A DNA stretch of 64,000 nucleotides from Candidatus Saccharimonadota bacterium. GTDB taxonomy: Bacteria > Patescibacteriota > Saccharimonadia > CAILAD01 > BJGX01. The notes under the pieces are model-generated. The model was not told where the DNA came from. It did not search any database and was given only the letters and a program-made list of their open reading frames with translations. The position numbers were made by a program, and so were the translations under genes. The DNA lies in contig JAXLZU010000001.1 of assembly GCA_046350735.1 (NCBI GenBank), positions 140,530-204,529 on the forward strand, read 5' to 3'. Below, piece after piece: positions 42,487 through 50,274 of the stretch (its first letter is position 1; the number at the start of each line of letters is the position of its first letter).

Positions 42487-42560
42487 AATACACCCCAGTC
42501 GACTCAGCGGGCTCAGGCCTGGTCAGGCCCTCGCGCCTGCTTCGCTTTGTGGGGTGTATT
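42487..42560 (-). promoter_or_regulatory. Stem-loop just downstream of VR (candidate DGR target-recognition hairpin)
   Basis: aatacacccca (42487-97) / tggggtgtatt (42550-60), enclosing ggcctg-gt-caggcc (42516-29). Confidence 0.7.
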
Positions 42561-42562
42561 GC

Positions 42563-43912
42563 TTAATGTAAGAGACAGCGAACAGACAACCCGCCGTCGC
42601 GATCGACGCCGCCGCCCGGGACCACGCTGCCGGCACTGAAGTCCGCGCCGAACGCGCTGCTGGCATCGACTGGAAAGGCCGAAGCCGACCACAAGTCGCC
42701 GTAGTCACCCTGGCCGTAGAAGCCCTCCCACCAGACACCAGCGAACGTGCCTTGAAACGGTCCTGGGTAATTCCACTGGGCAGGGCTGCTACCGAGTGCG
42801 GTATAGAGCGCTGCGAACTCACCGCCACTACCACCGGTTGGCAGCCGCCAATTGGCCGGACAAATGGAATAGGGGGCATTGCCAGAGCCTGCAGGCATAC
42901 TGGTTCTGGATTCCCCTGCAGTGGCCGCGCTCCAGTTGTAGAGATAACCGTAATTGGTTTCTCCTGCGCCGGTGTCGCCAGGGGCGGGGCCGTAGGCACC
43001 AGGGTTGTCGTAGTCGGCTGTGCCGGTGGTGACCACTTGTGGCAAGGTGAAGTTGCTGGCGATGTTGGTGTCTGCTGGGGTGAGTTCTAGGGTGCTGGTA
43101 GTACTACCGAGCTTGAGGTTGTTTAACATCCAGCAGTTGCCATCGGCCAGTTTAGCAACCTCATAGGTTTGGTTGTTCGCACGGGTGTCGGTGAGGGTCA
43201 GGATGGCGTCTTGGTTGCTACCGTTGTAGATAGTCATGTAGTTCTCGCAGTAGCTGGTGGTCATTTCTTGCATGGTGGTAGGGGTTGGAGGGAGAGGGGT
43301 CTCATTGTCGGTGGCACTGTAAGTGAGCTTGAGCTCTTTTTGGCCTGCGGTGACCGTACTATCTATGGTGAAGTCTAAGGTGACTTCGGTGGTGTCGTTG
43401 GATGACGCACTGTCGGTGGTCTTGAGCGTGAGAGCTGGAGCGCCAGGTTCGAGCGCGGTGCTGGTGGTAATGTTACCCCCTTTGAGCTTGATGGCGATAC
43501 CTGGTTCAGCTTCGGTGAGTGCTGCCGTGAGGCTGTAGCCAGTGGGGTTGGTGGTGCCGGTAGTGATGGCGGTTGTGGTAGTTGCAGTACCGCCACCTTC
43601 GGGAACCGTAACTGTCAGGGTATCTTGGTTGGCACCGAGGCTCAGTGTGGGAGCAGCAGAAACGCTTGAGAGGTTGAGGCCAAGGCCAATGGTGGCAACA
43701 GAGAGAAAGGCAAAGGTGGCAATGCTACGGAAGCTAAGCTTACGTAGTTTAGTGCGCACACGTGGCATTCGGGAAAACAAAAACAGGACGGCTACGGCAA
43801 TAAGACTGACGCCAATTGCGGTGTACAGGGTGGTGTTTGCGCCGGTGTTGGCGAGGTTACCCCCTGCTTCTCCGCCGATGACGATGTTGATGGTTTGGGT
43901 TATGGATTCCAT
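42563..43912 (-). CDS. DGR target: surface protein with a C-terminal Fib_succ_major/FISUMP-like (CLec-fold) domain
   Basis: LADGNCWMLNNL, YGYLYNWSAATAG, SICPANWRLPT, LWSAS and GLSVRC motifs; VR lies at the C-terminus. Confidence 0.9.
   Translation of the reverse strand: MESITQTINIVIGGEAGGNLANTGANTTLYTAIGVSLIAVAVLFLFSRMPRVRTKLRKLSFRSIATFAFLSVATIGLGLNLSSVSAAPTLSLGANQDTLTVTVPEGGGTATTTTAITTGTTNPTGYSLTAALTEAEPGIAIKLKGGNITTSTALEPGAPALTLKTTDSASSNDTTEVTLDFTIDSTVTAGQKELKLTYSATDNETPLPPTPTTMQEMTTSYCENYMTIYNGSNQDAILTLTDTRANNQTYEVAKLADGNCWMLNNLKLGSTTSTLELTPADTNIASNFTLPQVVTTGTADYDNPGAYGPAPGDTGAGETNYGYLYNWSAATAGESRTSMPAGSGNAPYSICPANWRLPTGGSGGEFAALYTALGSSPAQWNYPGPFQGTFAGVWWEGFYGQGDYGDLWSASAFPVDASSAFGADFSAGSVVPGGGVDRDGGLSVRCLLH
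42569..42747 (-). repeat. DGR variable repeat (VR)
   Basis: Encodes about the last 60 residues of the target and differs from TR only at TR A positions. Confidence 0.97.
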
Positions 43913-43994
43913 GGTATTCTTTTTTCCTTTCTTTGGTTATAGCTGCTTTGTTATGGTTGGTTGATGAATGAATAGACTGCGGATAAAACCAAAA

Positions 43995-44198
43995 CTAGCC
44001 GCTCAGGATAGAGACGGCTGTTGAGGGAGATAGGCTGAAGGTGTGACGTTGAACGGTAGCAGTGCGGTTAGCGCATGCGCTAACCGAGAGAGAGAGAGAG
44101 AGAGTAGATTGCGCTAACGCGCAATCTAAACCACTGATAGTGCCGGTTTGATTATTCCCCTCTAATGTATACGTAGTTTTCATAGTTTTTGCTTCCAC
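43995..44198 (-). CDS. Possible leader ORF containing a (CT)n tract
   Basis: 67-aa ORF upstream of the DGR target, with TLSLSLS encoded by the dinucleotide run. Coding status is uncertain. Confidence 0.35.
   Translation of the reverse strand: MEAKTMKTTYTLEGNNQTGTISGLDCALAQSTLSLSLSVSACANRTATVQRHTFSLSPSTAVSILSG
44065..44128. repeat. (GA)9G microsatellite between a 22-bp palindrome and a 10-bp-stem hairpin
   Basis: cggttagcgcatgcgctaaccg, then gagagagagagagagagag (44086-44104), then tagattgcgc-taac-gcgcaatcta. Confidence 0.9.
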
Positions 44199-44425
44199 TC
44201 ACGGTAGTTTTGTGCATAGTATATGTGAGTACTATGCATATGCACAAAACTGCTTACGTATATTTTATCATACATGCTTATTGATACAAACGGTATCTTT
44301 TACTATCGATAAAAATAAGAAAAGGCGCCTCAGGTTCAATACAGTACCGTATACGCCTTTTACGGGCTGTGTTATAGGGTAGCTCATTATATTGCTAAGG
44401 CTTTTTGAGCCAGCTAAATTCAATA

Positions 44426-44454
44426 TTGACATAAACACTATTGTTTGATAGTAT
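44426..44454 (+). promoter_or_regulatory. Strong sigma70-type promoter
   Basis: TTGACA-17 nt-TAGTAT with extended TGn; the spacer contains the inverted repeat aaaca-ctat-tgttt. Confidence 0.7.
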
Positions 44455-44460
44455 ATTTAT

Positions 44461-44558
44461 AAGACCTTCGGCAAGTGGTTTTTAGGCCACCCCAGCGGAA
44501 GGCCTGAGTGAAAAGCTTCGCGTAGTTTATACACTACACTTGCGAGGTTTTTCTTTTT
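44461..44558 (+). ncRNA. Putative ~100-nt small RNA
   Basis: It starts 6 nt after the -10 box. A hairpin (ccttc/gaagg, gtggtt/ggccac) is followed by a terminator (cttcgc-gtagt/actac-gcgagg plus T-tract). G-U pairs favour the + strand. Confidence 0.55.
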
Positions 44559-44581
44559 GTTTGAAATCTGAAAGTCTGGAT

Positions 44582-44992
44582 TTAGTGTGGCGGGAACACG
44601 GACACGAAGTACTTGTTATCTGTCCTGTTGTCTTCTTTAACTTGTACATAAAACAAATCGCCGTCTTTGGTCTGGCCTGCGAAACGATGCACCAGTTCAT
44701 TACGCCCGTTCGGGTTCGGCTTTGTGACAGGCTCTGCTGTACTATGGCGAAGCAGCTCAATGGCAGCTGCGTAGTATTTGATACGTCGCTTGCGATCATA
44801 CTGTGGTTTTTGATGCAGGTGATCCCAGAAAAGGTTGATGAATATCTTGCTATTTTTGAAATACGCACTTCGTATGTAGGGGTTACGCTTTGAACGAGCA
44901 GCAATGGAGTTATGCAATTTGCGAGCCTTGCGCTCCACGTCAGAGTACGAACGACCAGTGTATTTAACTGCTTTTGTTCGGTAGGCTTTCAT
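44582..44992 (-). CDS. Basic hypothetical protein, possibly a BECR/RelE-like nuclease
   Basis: 136 aa, Lys/Arg-rich, ending FYVQVKED...KYFVSVFP; its start overlaps the upstream stop (ATGA). The fold is a guess. Confidence 0.5.
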   Translation of the reverse strand: MKAYRTKAVKYTGRSYSDVERKARKLHNSIAARSKRNPYIRSAYFKNSKIFINLFWDHLHQKPQYDRKRRIKYYAAAIELLRHSTAEPVTKPNPNGRNELVHRFAGQTKDGDLFYVQVKEDNRTDNKYFVSVFPPH

Positions 44993-45768
44993 ATTGCCAG
45001 TATAACACCTCGCTCGAGAGCAGGAGGACTTATGTCTTGGCTGCCAATACCCTCTAGCGTAGTGGCCGTTATAGTGAGCTCCACGTAGCTGCTATCCAGC
45101 TCTTTCGTGGCTATGCTTTCTACTTTCTTCTTCAGGTTATTTGATTCGCACACAAATAGGATGGTGGGGTGAGGTTGATTCGGTTTATGCTTTTGCCATA
45201 TGCCAAGTTCTGCATACGTAATGTAGCGTTTCACGGCTTTCCTGAACGTCCAGAAGCTGGCGGTATCTTCCAGGCAGTCCATGAAATAGTGCTGGTTGGT
45301 CTGGGCGTCTATGATCTGAGCATCAGGTTTGGTTTTGGGGGCGTAATTTTTATTCATCAGCTCGGTTTTGCTAAAGAACTTGAAGCGCCCAGGATAAGTA
45401 TTTTTGAGATCGATAAAGACTCTAAAAACATTAAGTCTGTGCGCGATCTGGCTCGGCGTTGCCCGCTTATCATGGTAGATACTCCTGAGTGCTGATTCTT
45501 GTACGTACGATTGCTGCCGTAAGTATCTGACACCCTTGGGCAGTAAATAATAGGCAGCTGGCTGGCCTTTAATTCTGTAGCTACTGTCATAATTCATACC
45601 GATATATTCTTGTTCTACCAGTATCTTTAGTCTATTGGATGTAACTCGTAGGTGCTTAGCGTTTTGATTTTCAGCTAAGAGTGAGGCAGTTACGAAGCGA
45701 AACTTATAGAGTGTATTTAAGATAGTAAGTTGATGGTTGTTTAATGGTCGTCGGTATTTTGGTTGCAC
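44989..45768 (-). CDS. Replication-relaxation family protein
   Basis: ILNTLYKFRFVT wHTH-like start, YYLLPKG, IAHRL, KPDA and PTILFVC motifs. Confidence 0.75.
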   Translation of the reverse strand: MQPKYRRPLNNHQLTILNTLYKFRFVTASLLAENQNAKHLRVTSNRLKILVEQEYIGMNYDSSYRIKGQPAAYYLLPKGVRYLRQQSYVQESALRSIYHDKRATPSQIAHRLNVFRVFIDLKNTYPGRFKFFSKTELMNKNYAPKTKPDAQIIDAQTNQHYFMDCLEDTASFWTFRKAVKRYITYAELGIWQKHKPNQPHPTILFVCESNNLKKKVESIATKELDSSYVELTITATTLEGIGSQDISPPALERGVILAI

Positions 45769-45965
45769 GTTTAGTATTACTCCCTATACGTAGTATAGGT
45801 AATTATATAACAAATGATTATAAATATAACAGATATAAATGCTGTATATAGATAGCCTAACGATGAGATATCCACAGTTTTACTAAATAAGCCGTGTTTT
45901 ATGTTTGAACTATCTCTATTATCCATAGTATACTATAGATATAATCAATAGTTTCCGAGGGTATT

Positions 45966-46097
45966 ATGGCAAATAATAGATGGTTAGCCAAAGCGAAAAA
46001 CAAGCTCGACACAAACGAGCAGGAACGTCTTGAGCTGCTGGCGGATATCCTGTTGGAAATAGCCTTGGAGGAGGGTCAGGATGAGGCAGCAAGCTAA
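45966..46097 (+). CDS. 43-aa ORF overlapping the recombinase start (not in the ORF track)
   Basis: GAGGG SD, then MANNRWLAKAKNKLDTNEQERLELLADILLEIALEEGQDEAAS. Confidence 0.5.
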   Translation: MANNRWLAKAKNKLDTNEQERLELLADILLEIALEEGQDEAAS

Positions 46098-47790
46098 CCG
46101 TAATGCCGTTGCCGCCATCCGCGTTTCGACCACTAAACAGGGTCGTGACGGTGACTCGCCCGAAGCTCAAAAAGAGCAAATAGAGCGCTTCGCGCAGAAT
46201 AAAGGTATTACCATCAAGAAGTTCTTTGTCTTCATGGAATCAGCCAGCAAAGAGCAACAGCCGATGCAGGAAGCCATAGATTACTGTAAGAACAAGGAAA
46301 ACAACGTAGATTTGTTTATTATTAAGTCGATAGATCGATTCACCCGTGGCGGGTCACTATCGTATGACCTGCTCAAAACCCAGCTGGATCGCTGTGGTAT
46401 TACACTTATCGATACCTACGGCGTTATTAGCCAGGAACAAGTTAATACGTTGGAGCATCTTGGACATAGCTACAAATGGAGCACCTACTCACCGAGCCGT
46501 AAGTCTGAGATGCTGGAAGCCGAGCGATCCAAAGATGAGGTCAGAGACATTTTAAGCCGTGTGATCGGTGCCGAAATCCGCTATACCAAAATGGGCTACT
46601 ACATGCGTAGACCACCCTATGGGTTTATGAGCGAAAAGGTAGAAACCCAGCACGGTAAGCGCACCATCTTGAAGCCACACACCGAAGAGTCCAAGTTCAT
46701 TATTAAGCTATTTGAACTGCGAGCCAGCCGACAATTTACCGATAAAGAAATAGCTACTAAGCTGAACGACATGGGCTACCGCGGACGGACACAGTACCGC
46801 CGCTCAAAAACAGACCGCAACCGTATTATTGGCAAGACCGAAGGTACGCTGCTAGATGATAAGAAAGTCTGGAGAATCGTCAGAAACCCCATCTATACCG
46901 GCATTATTGTTGAAAAGTGGACGAAATATCAGCCAGTCAAAGCTATGTTTGATGGGCTAGTATCAGTTGAGCTGTTTAACCGAGCCAACAAAGGTAAGCG
47001 CACTATTATTGAAATGCCCGGTAACAAAATCGCTATTACTGACAATGTCGCTACCAGAAACGCCACCCCGCAAGGTACACGCAACAATGACTTTGCTTTT
47101 AAGCACTACGTGATGTGCCCACAGTGCAATAAACCACTATCCGGCAGTACCTCACGCGGTAAAACTGGAAAATACTACTCGTACTACCACTGTGACAAAC
47201 GCGGCCATAAATTCAGAGTCAGTAAAGAAGATTTGGAAACTAAAATATACAGCTTCATTGATGGCATGGCGTTCTCCGAGGAGCGTATCGACAAAGTGTT
47301 TGCCATTGTTCGAAAGAAATACGAGCAGCACATCGCCACCTACGAGGCTCAGACAACAGCACTAAACGGACAGAGTACCACGCTTGAAGCCAAGGCTAGA
47401 GAACTCACCAGAAGCTTTGCAACCATCGCCCCATCAGCCCAGAAATACGTTAACGAGGAGCTGGAGGATATAGATATACAAATTAAGCGTTTAGCGCTGG
47501 AAAGGACGAATATGGAGAGCAAGAAACCCATGGATATAGATAAAGTTTTGAGCAGAATCAAGAAGTTTTCCGAAAACATTGGTCAGGCTATTGCTCAACA
47601 GAGTAACGACATCAAAAAAGCCCAGCTTTTCGGGCTATTATTCAAGACTTTGCCAACCTACAATGATTTAACTTTCCGAAACCGAAAAACACCCCTTTTT
47701 ACAGGGGTGCATCCGGTCTTCAATCTTCTCGCCACCGATAATCTACATTTGGTGACCCCAAGGGGAATCGAACCCCTGTTGCCAGGATGA
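46081..47790 (+). CDS. Large serine recombinase (integrase)
   Basis: IRVSTTKQ catalytic Ser, IDRFTR, PPYGF, RNPIYTG, zinc ribbon CPQC...YYHC and a coiled coil. The 3' end runs into tRNA-Glu. Confidence 0.93.
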   Translation: MRQQANRNAVAAIRVSTTKQGRDGDSPEAQKEQIERFAQNKGITIKKFFVFMESASKEQQPMQEAIDYCKNKENNVDLFIIKSIDRFTRGGSLSYDLLKTQLDRCGITLIDTYGVISQEQVNTLEHLGHSYKWSTYSPSRKSEMLEAERSKDEVRDILSRVIGAEIRYTKMGYYMRRPPYGFMSEKVETQHGKRTILKPHTEESKFIIKLFELRASRQFTDKEIATKLNDMGYRGRTQYRRSKTDRNRIIGKTEGTLLDDKKVWRIVRNPIYTGIIVEKWTKYQPVKAMFDGLVSVELFNRANKGKRTIIEMPGNKIAITDNVATRNATPQGTRNNDFAFKHYVMCPQCNKPLSGSTSRGKTGKYYSYYHCDKRGHKFRVSKEDLETKIYSFIDGMAFSEERIDKVFAIVRKKYEQHIATYEAQTTALNGQSTTLEAKARELTRSFATIAPSAQKYVNEELEDIDIQIKRLALERTNMESKKPMDIDKVLSRIKKFSENIGQAIAQQSNDIKKAQLFGLLFKTLPTYNDLTFRNRKTPLFTGVHPVFNLLATDNLHLVTPRGIEPLLPG

Positions 47791-47824
47791 AAACCTGGTG
47801 TCCTAACCGCTAGACGATGGGGCC
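47750..47824 (-). tRNA. tRNA-Glu(TTC), integration site
   Basis: Reverse complement reads GGCCCCATCGTCTAGCGGTTAGGAC...TTTTCAT...GGGGTCACCA. Confidence 0.97.
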
Positions 47825-47926
47825 TGACGGCTGTTTTTAACCTTAAAATAGTACCACAAATAGTCGGTTCAATCAAGAATGTTGAAGAAAGTAAAATTTG
47901 TAGGTATAGTAACCATAAGGATATTT

Positions 47927-48649
47927 ATGGAAACACGAAGCAACTCAGACTTTAGTGGCGACAGACTAACTCTTAGTGATATTGGAGTTAGTAAGGACGA
48001 TTTGCAAGCCGAGCTAGAGGCTATTAAGCAAACCCCAGATAATGTAGTACAAATGAGCGACTATAGGCCAGTAGAAGACCAGACTGAGATAGACAAAAAA
48101 CATGCTATTGCAGAAAGAAAGAAAAAGGTAAAAGCCATTGCCTTAGCAGGAGCAGCCTTGCTAGGTACAGCCAAGTTTGGCTACGAAATGTTTCGCGAAA
48201 AAGTTCATCCTGCAGAGCGAATTGTTTCTGCCGAAGCATTAACTACAGCAAGAGACATCGAAATAACAGATGTTGCACCAGGTGATGAAATTGAGGTTTC
48301 ACCATTTTCTTACACCATTACTGGTGGAAATGTTCGTACTAGCCCAGGTGTTGATATTAATAACGAAAACCTTGTTAACACAGACTTATCTGGCAAAGTA
48401 ATTACTCACCCTATAGAAGTTGCTGACGTGTCAAATGCAAAAAATGGTGATTGGTTTGTTTTTTATGACAGTGAAGGTCAAAAGTTTGCAGTGAACGAAC
48501 AAAATGTAGCCGTAGTGCCAGACAATAGTATTACCGAAACCAGAGATATAACGGTAACCGTTGATAAAACTACCAACTTTGGAATTATTGCTCATGATGG
48601 CAATAATATCTCAATGCAGGTTGCAACAGTAGTTGAAGTAAAAAGTTAA
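47927..48649 (+). CDS. Hypothetical membrane-anchored protein
   Basis: ATG after AAGGA, a central basic plus hydrophobic segment and a beta-rich C-part. Confidence 0.65.
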   Translation: METRSNSDFSGDRLTLSDIGVSKDDLQAELEAIKQTPDNVVQMSDYRPVEDQTEIDKKHAIAERKKKVKAIALAGAALLGTAKFGYEMFREKVHPAERIVSAEALTTARDIEITDVAPGDEIEVSPFSYTITGGNVRTSPGVDINNENLVNTDLSGKVITHPIEVADVSNAKNGDWFVFYDSEGQKFAVNEQNVAVVPDNSITETRDITVTVDKTTNFGIIAHDGNNISMQVATVVEVKS

Positions 48650-48703
48650 TAAATTACTATTTATAGCTAATAAAAGCATAACCATTTCTGGTATCATAAA
48701 GAT

Positions 48704-50239
48704 ATGAAAATAGATGCCAGTAAATTTAAAAAAACCAAAATTGTTGCCACTATTGGCCCAGCCAGCGAAGAAAAGATAGAGCAACTATTGGCAGCGGGGG
48801 TAAATGCGGTACGTCTTAACTTTAGTCATAACACCCATAACTGGCACGCTAATGTCTTAAAAAATGCTCGACTAGCAGCCAAAAAGCTTAACCGATCGGT
48901 GGCTGTTATTGCTGATTTGCAAGGGCCCAAAATTCGCTTAGGAACGTTGCCCGAAGGAAGTATAGAACTACGTACCGGGCAAAAGTTAGAGCTTTGTGCT
49001 CACAAAAATTGTGCCGATAAGCATTTGCCTATTCAGTTTGATTTTTCTGGCCTAGTAAAGAAGGGCGACAGCGTATTTTTACGTGATGGTAGTATTCGTA
49101 CAGAAGTGGTAAGCGTTAAAGATGGCGTAATACACGTTGAGGTAAAAAACTCTGGCAAGGTTTCGAGTAACCACGGGATTAATTTGCCCGACACCGTATT
49201 CGATTCAAAATCTCTTCTTACACCCAAAGATCTTAAAGATTTAGAATTTGTATACAAAAATGATGTAGACTATGTCGCGCTCAGCTTTGTACAAACTGCC
49301 AACGATATTGTACATTTACGGAAATTATTAGGGCAACATAAAAGCGAAGCACGTATTATTGCAAAGATAGAAACTCGCATTGCAACGCAAAACCTAGAAG
49401 AAATTATAGCTGCTAGCGACGCAGTTATGATAGCCAGAGGCGATTTAGCCACCGAGACAAGCAACGAAGACGTTCCATTAATAGGTAGGGAGATAATTCA
49501 GCTAGGTAGGCAATATAAGAAACCTGTTATTATGGCTACGCAAATGCTCGAGAGTATGATTAGCAGCCCGCAACCGACTCGGGCAGAAGTAAATGACATT
49601 GCTAGTGCAGTAAGCCTAGGAGTGAGTTGTGTAATGCTTTCTGGAGAAACAGCTATGGGGCAATACCCAGTGCAGACTGTAGAGCTTATGAAACGGGTGA
49701 TATTAAAAAGTGAACACTACTTTGTAGAAAATCGGTTAGAAATAGATTTTGTACCAGACAAAAATATTAATGATGCTATTGTACCGATTGAATACAGCCA
49801 AGAAGTAGGCAGTCTAGAACGTCTTATTACAGGTTCTCGTAAAATATTTGGCCATTCGTTTCATTCGGGTAGGTTAGCAGGAGAAGAAGCCCAAACTAGT
49901 GTAAGCTTGGCAGCAATTACACTAGCCCAACAAGTAGGGGCTAAGCTTATATTGGCAGAAACACTCACCGGTAGTACGGCACTTTCTATTGCATCACTGC
50001 GCCCACCAATGCCAATTATTATAGCTAGCCCTAATGAGAGAGTATGCAACCAAATGGCAATAGTATGGGGTGGTAAACCATTTTTGGTTTCAAAAAGACG
50101 TGAAATATCAGAAAAAATTATTAAAGATTTATACAAGAGGGGTAACGTGCAAAAAGGCGATTGGATAGTGCAAGCCTTCGGCAAGGCTCGTGGAGTAGCG
50201 GGTGGAACAGACACTATACGACTAGTAGAAGTTAAGTAG
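48704..50239 (+). CDS. pyk: Pyruvate kinase
   Basis: KTKIVATIGPAS, DLQGPKIR, MIARGDL and ATQMLESM motifs. Confidence 0.97.
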   Translation: MKIDASKFKKTKIVATIGPASEEKIEQLLAAGVNAVRLNFSHNTHNWHANVLKNARLAAKKLNRSVAVIADLQGPKIRLGTLPEGSIELRTGQKLELCAHKNCADKHLPIQFDFSGLVKKGDSVFLRDGSIRTEVVSVKDGVIHVEVKNSGKVSSNHGINLPDTVFDSKSLLTPKDLKDLEFVYKNDVDYVALSFVQTANDIVHLRKLLGQHKSEARIIAKIETRIATQNLEEIIAASDAVMIARGDLATETSNEDVPLIGREIIQLGRQYKKPVIMATQMLESMISSPQPTRAEVNDIASAVSLGVSCVMLSGETAMGQYPVQTVELMKRVILKSEHYFVENRLEIDFVPDKNINDAIVPIEYSQEVGSLERLITGSRKIFGHSFHSGRLAGEEAQTSVSLAAITLAQQVGAKLILAETLTGSTALSIASLRPPMPIIIASPNERVCNQMAIVWGGKPFLVSKRREISEKIIKDLYKRGNVQKGDWIVQAFGKARGVAGGTDTIRLVEVK

Positions 50240-50274
50240 CCGCGCCAATCTAAAGTTGTTATACTTATAAGCAA

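Larger units (their letters stand above)
37247..47755. mobile_element. ~10.5 kb integrative (probably mobilizable) element at the tRNA-Glu 3' end
   Basis: Flanking imperfect repeats tggtgaacctaaaggg (37247) and tggtgaccccaagggg (47750) share a TGGTGA core. It contains a serine recombinase, replication-relaxation protein, T4CP and XRE regulator, and is visibly GC-richer than its flanks. Confidence 0.85.

Noticed and set aside
42477-42490. ACCTCCT (anti-SD-like) immediately before the RT start codon
   Set aside because: It is a single 7-mer next to the VR hairpin. It might damp RT translation but cannot be distinguished from chance.
42523-43964. Multiple overlapping ORFs on both strands of the DGR target
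   Set aside because: These are shadow frames expected in GC-rich coding DNA.
43913-44198. Slippage at (CT)n fusing the leader ORF to the DGR target
   Set aside because: All three frames stop before the target, and there is an in-frame TAA at 43937-39.
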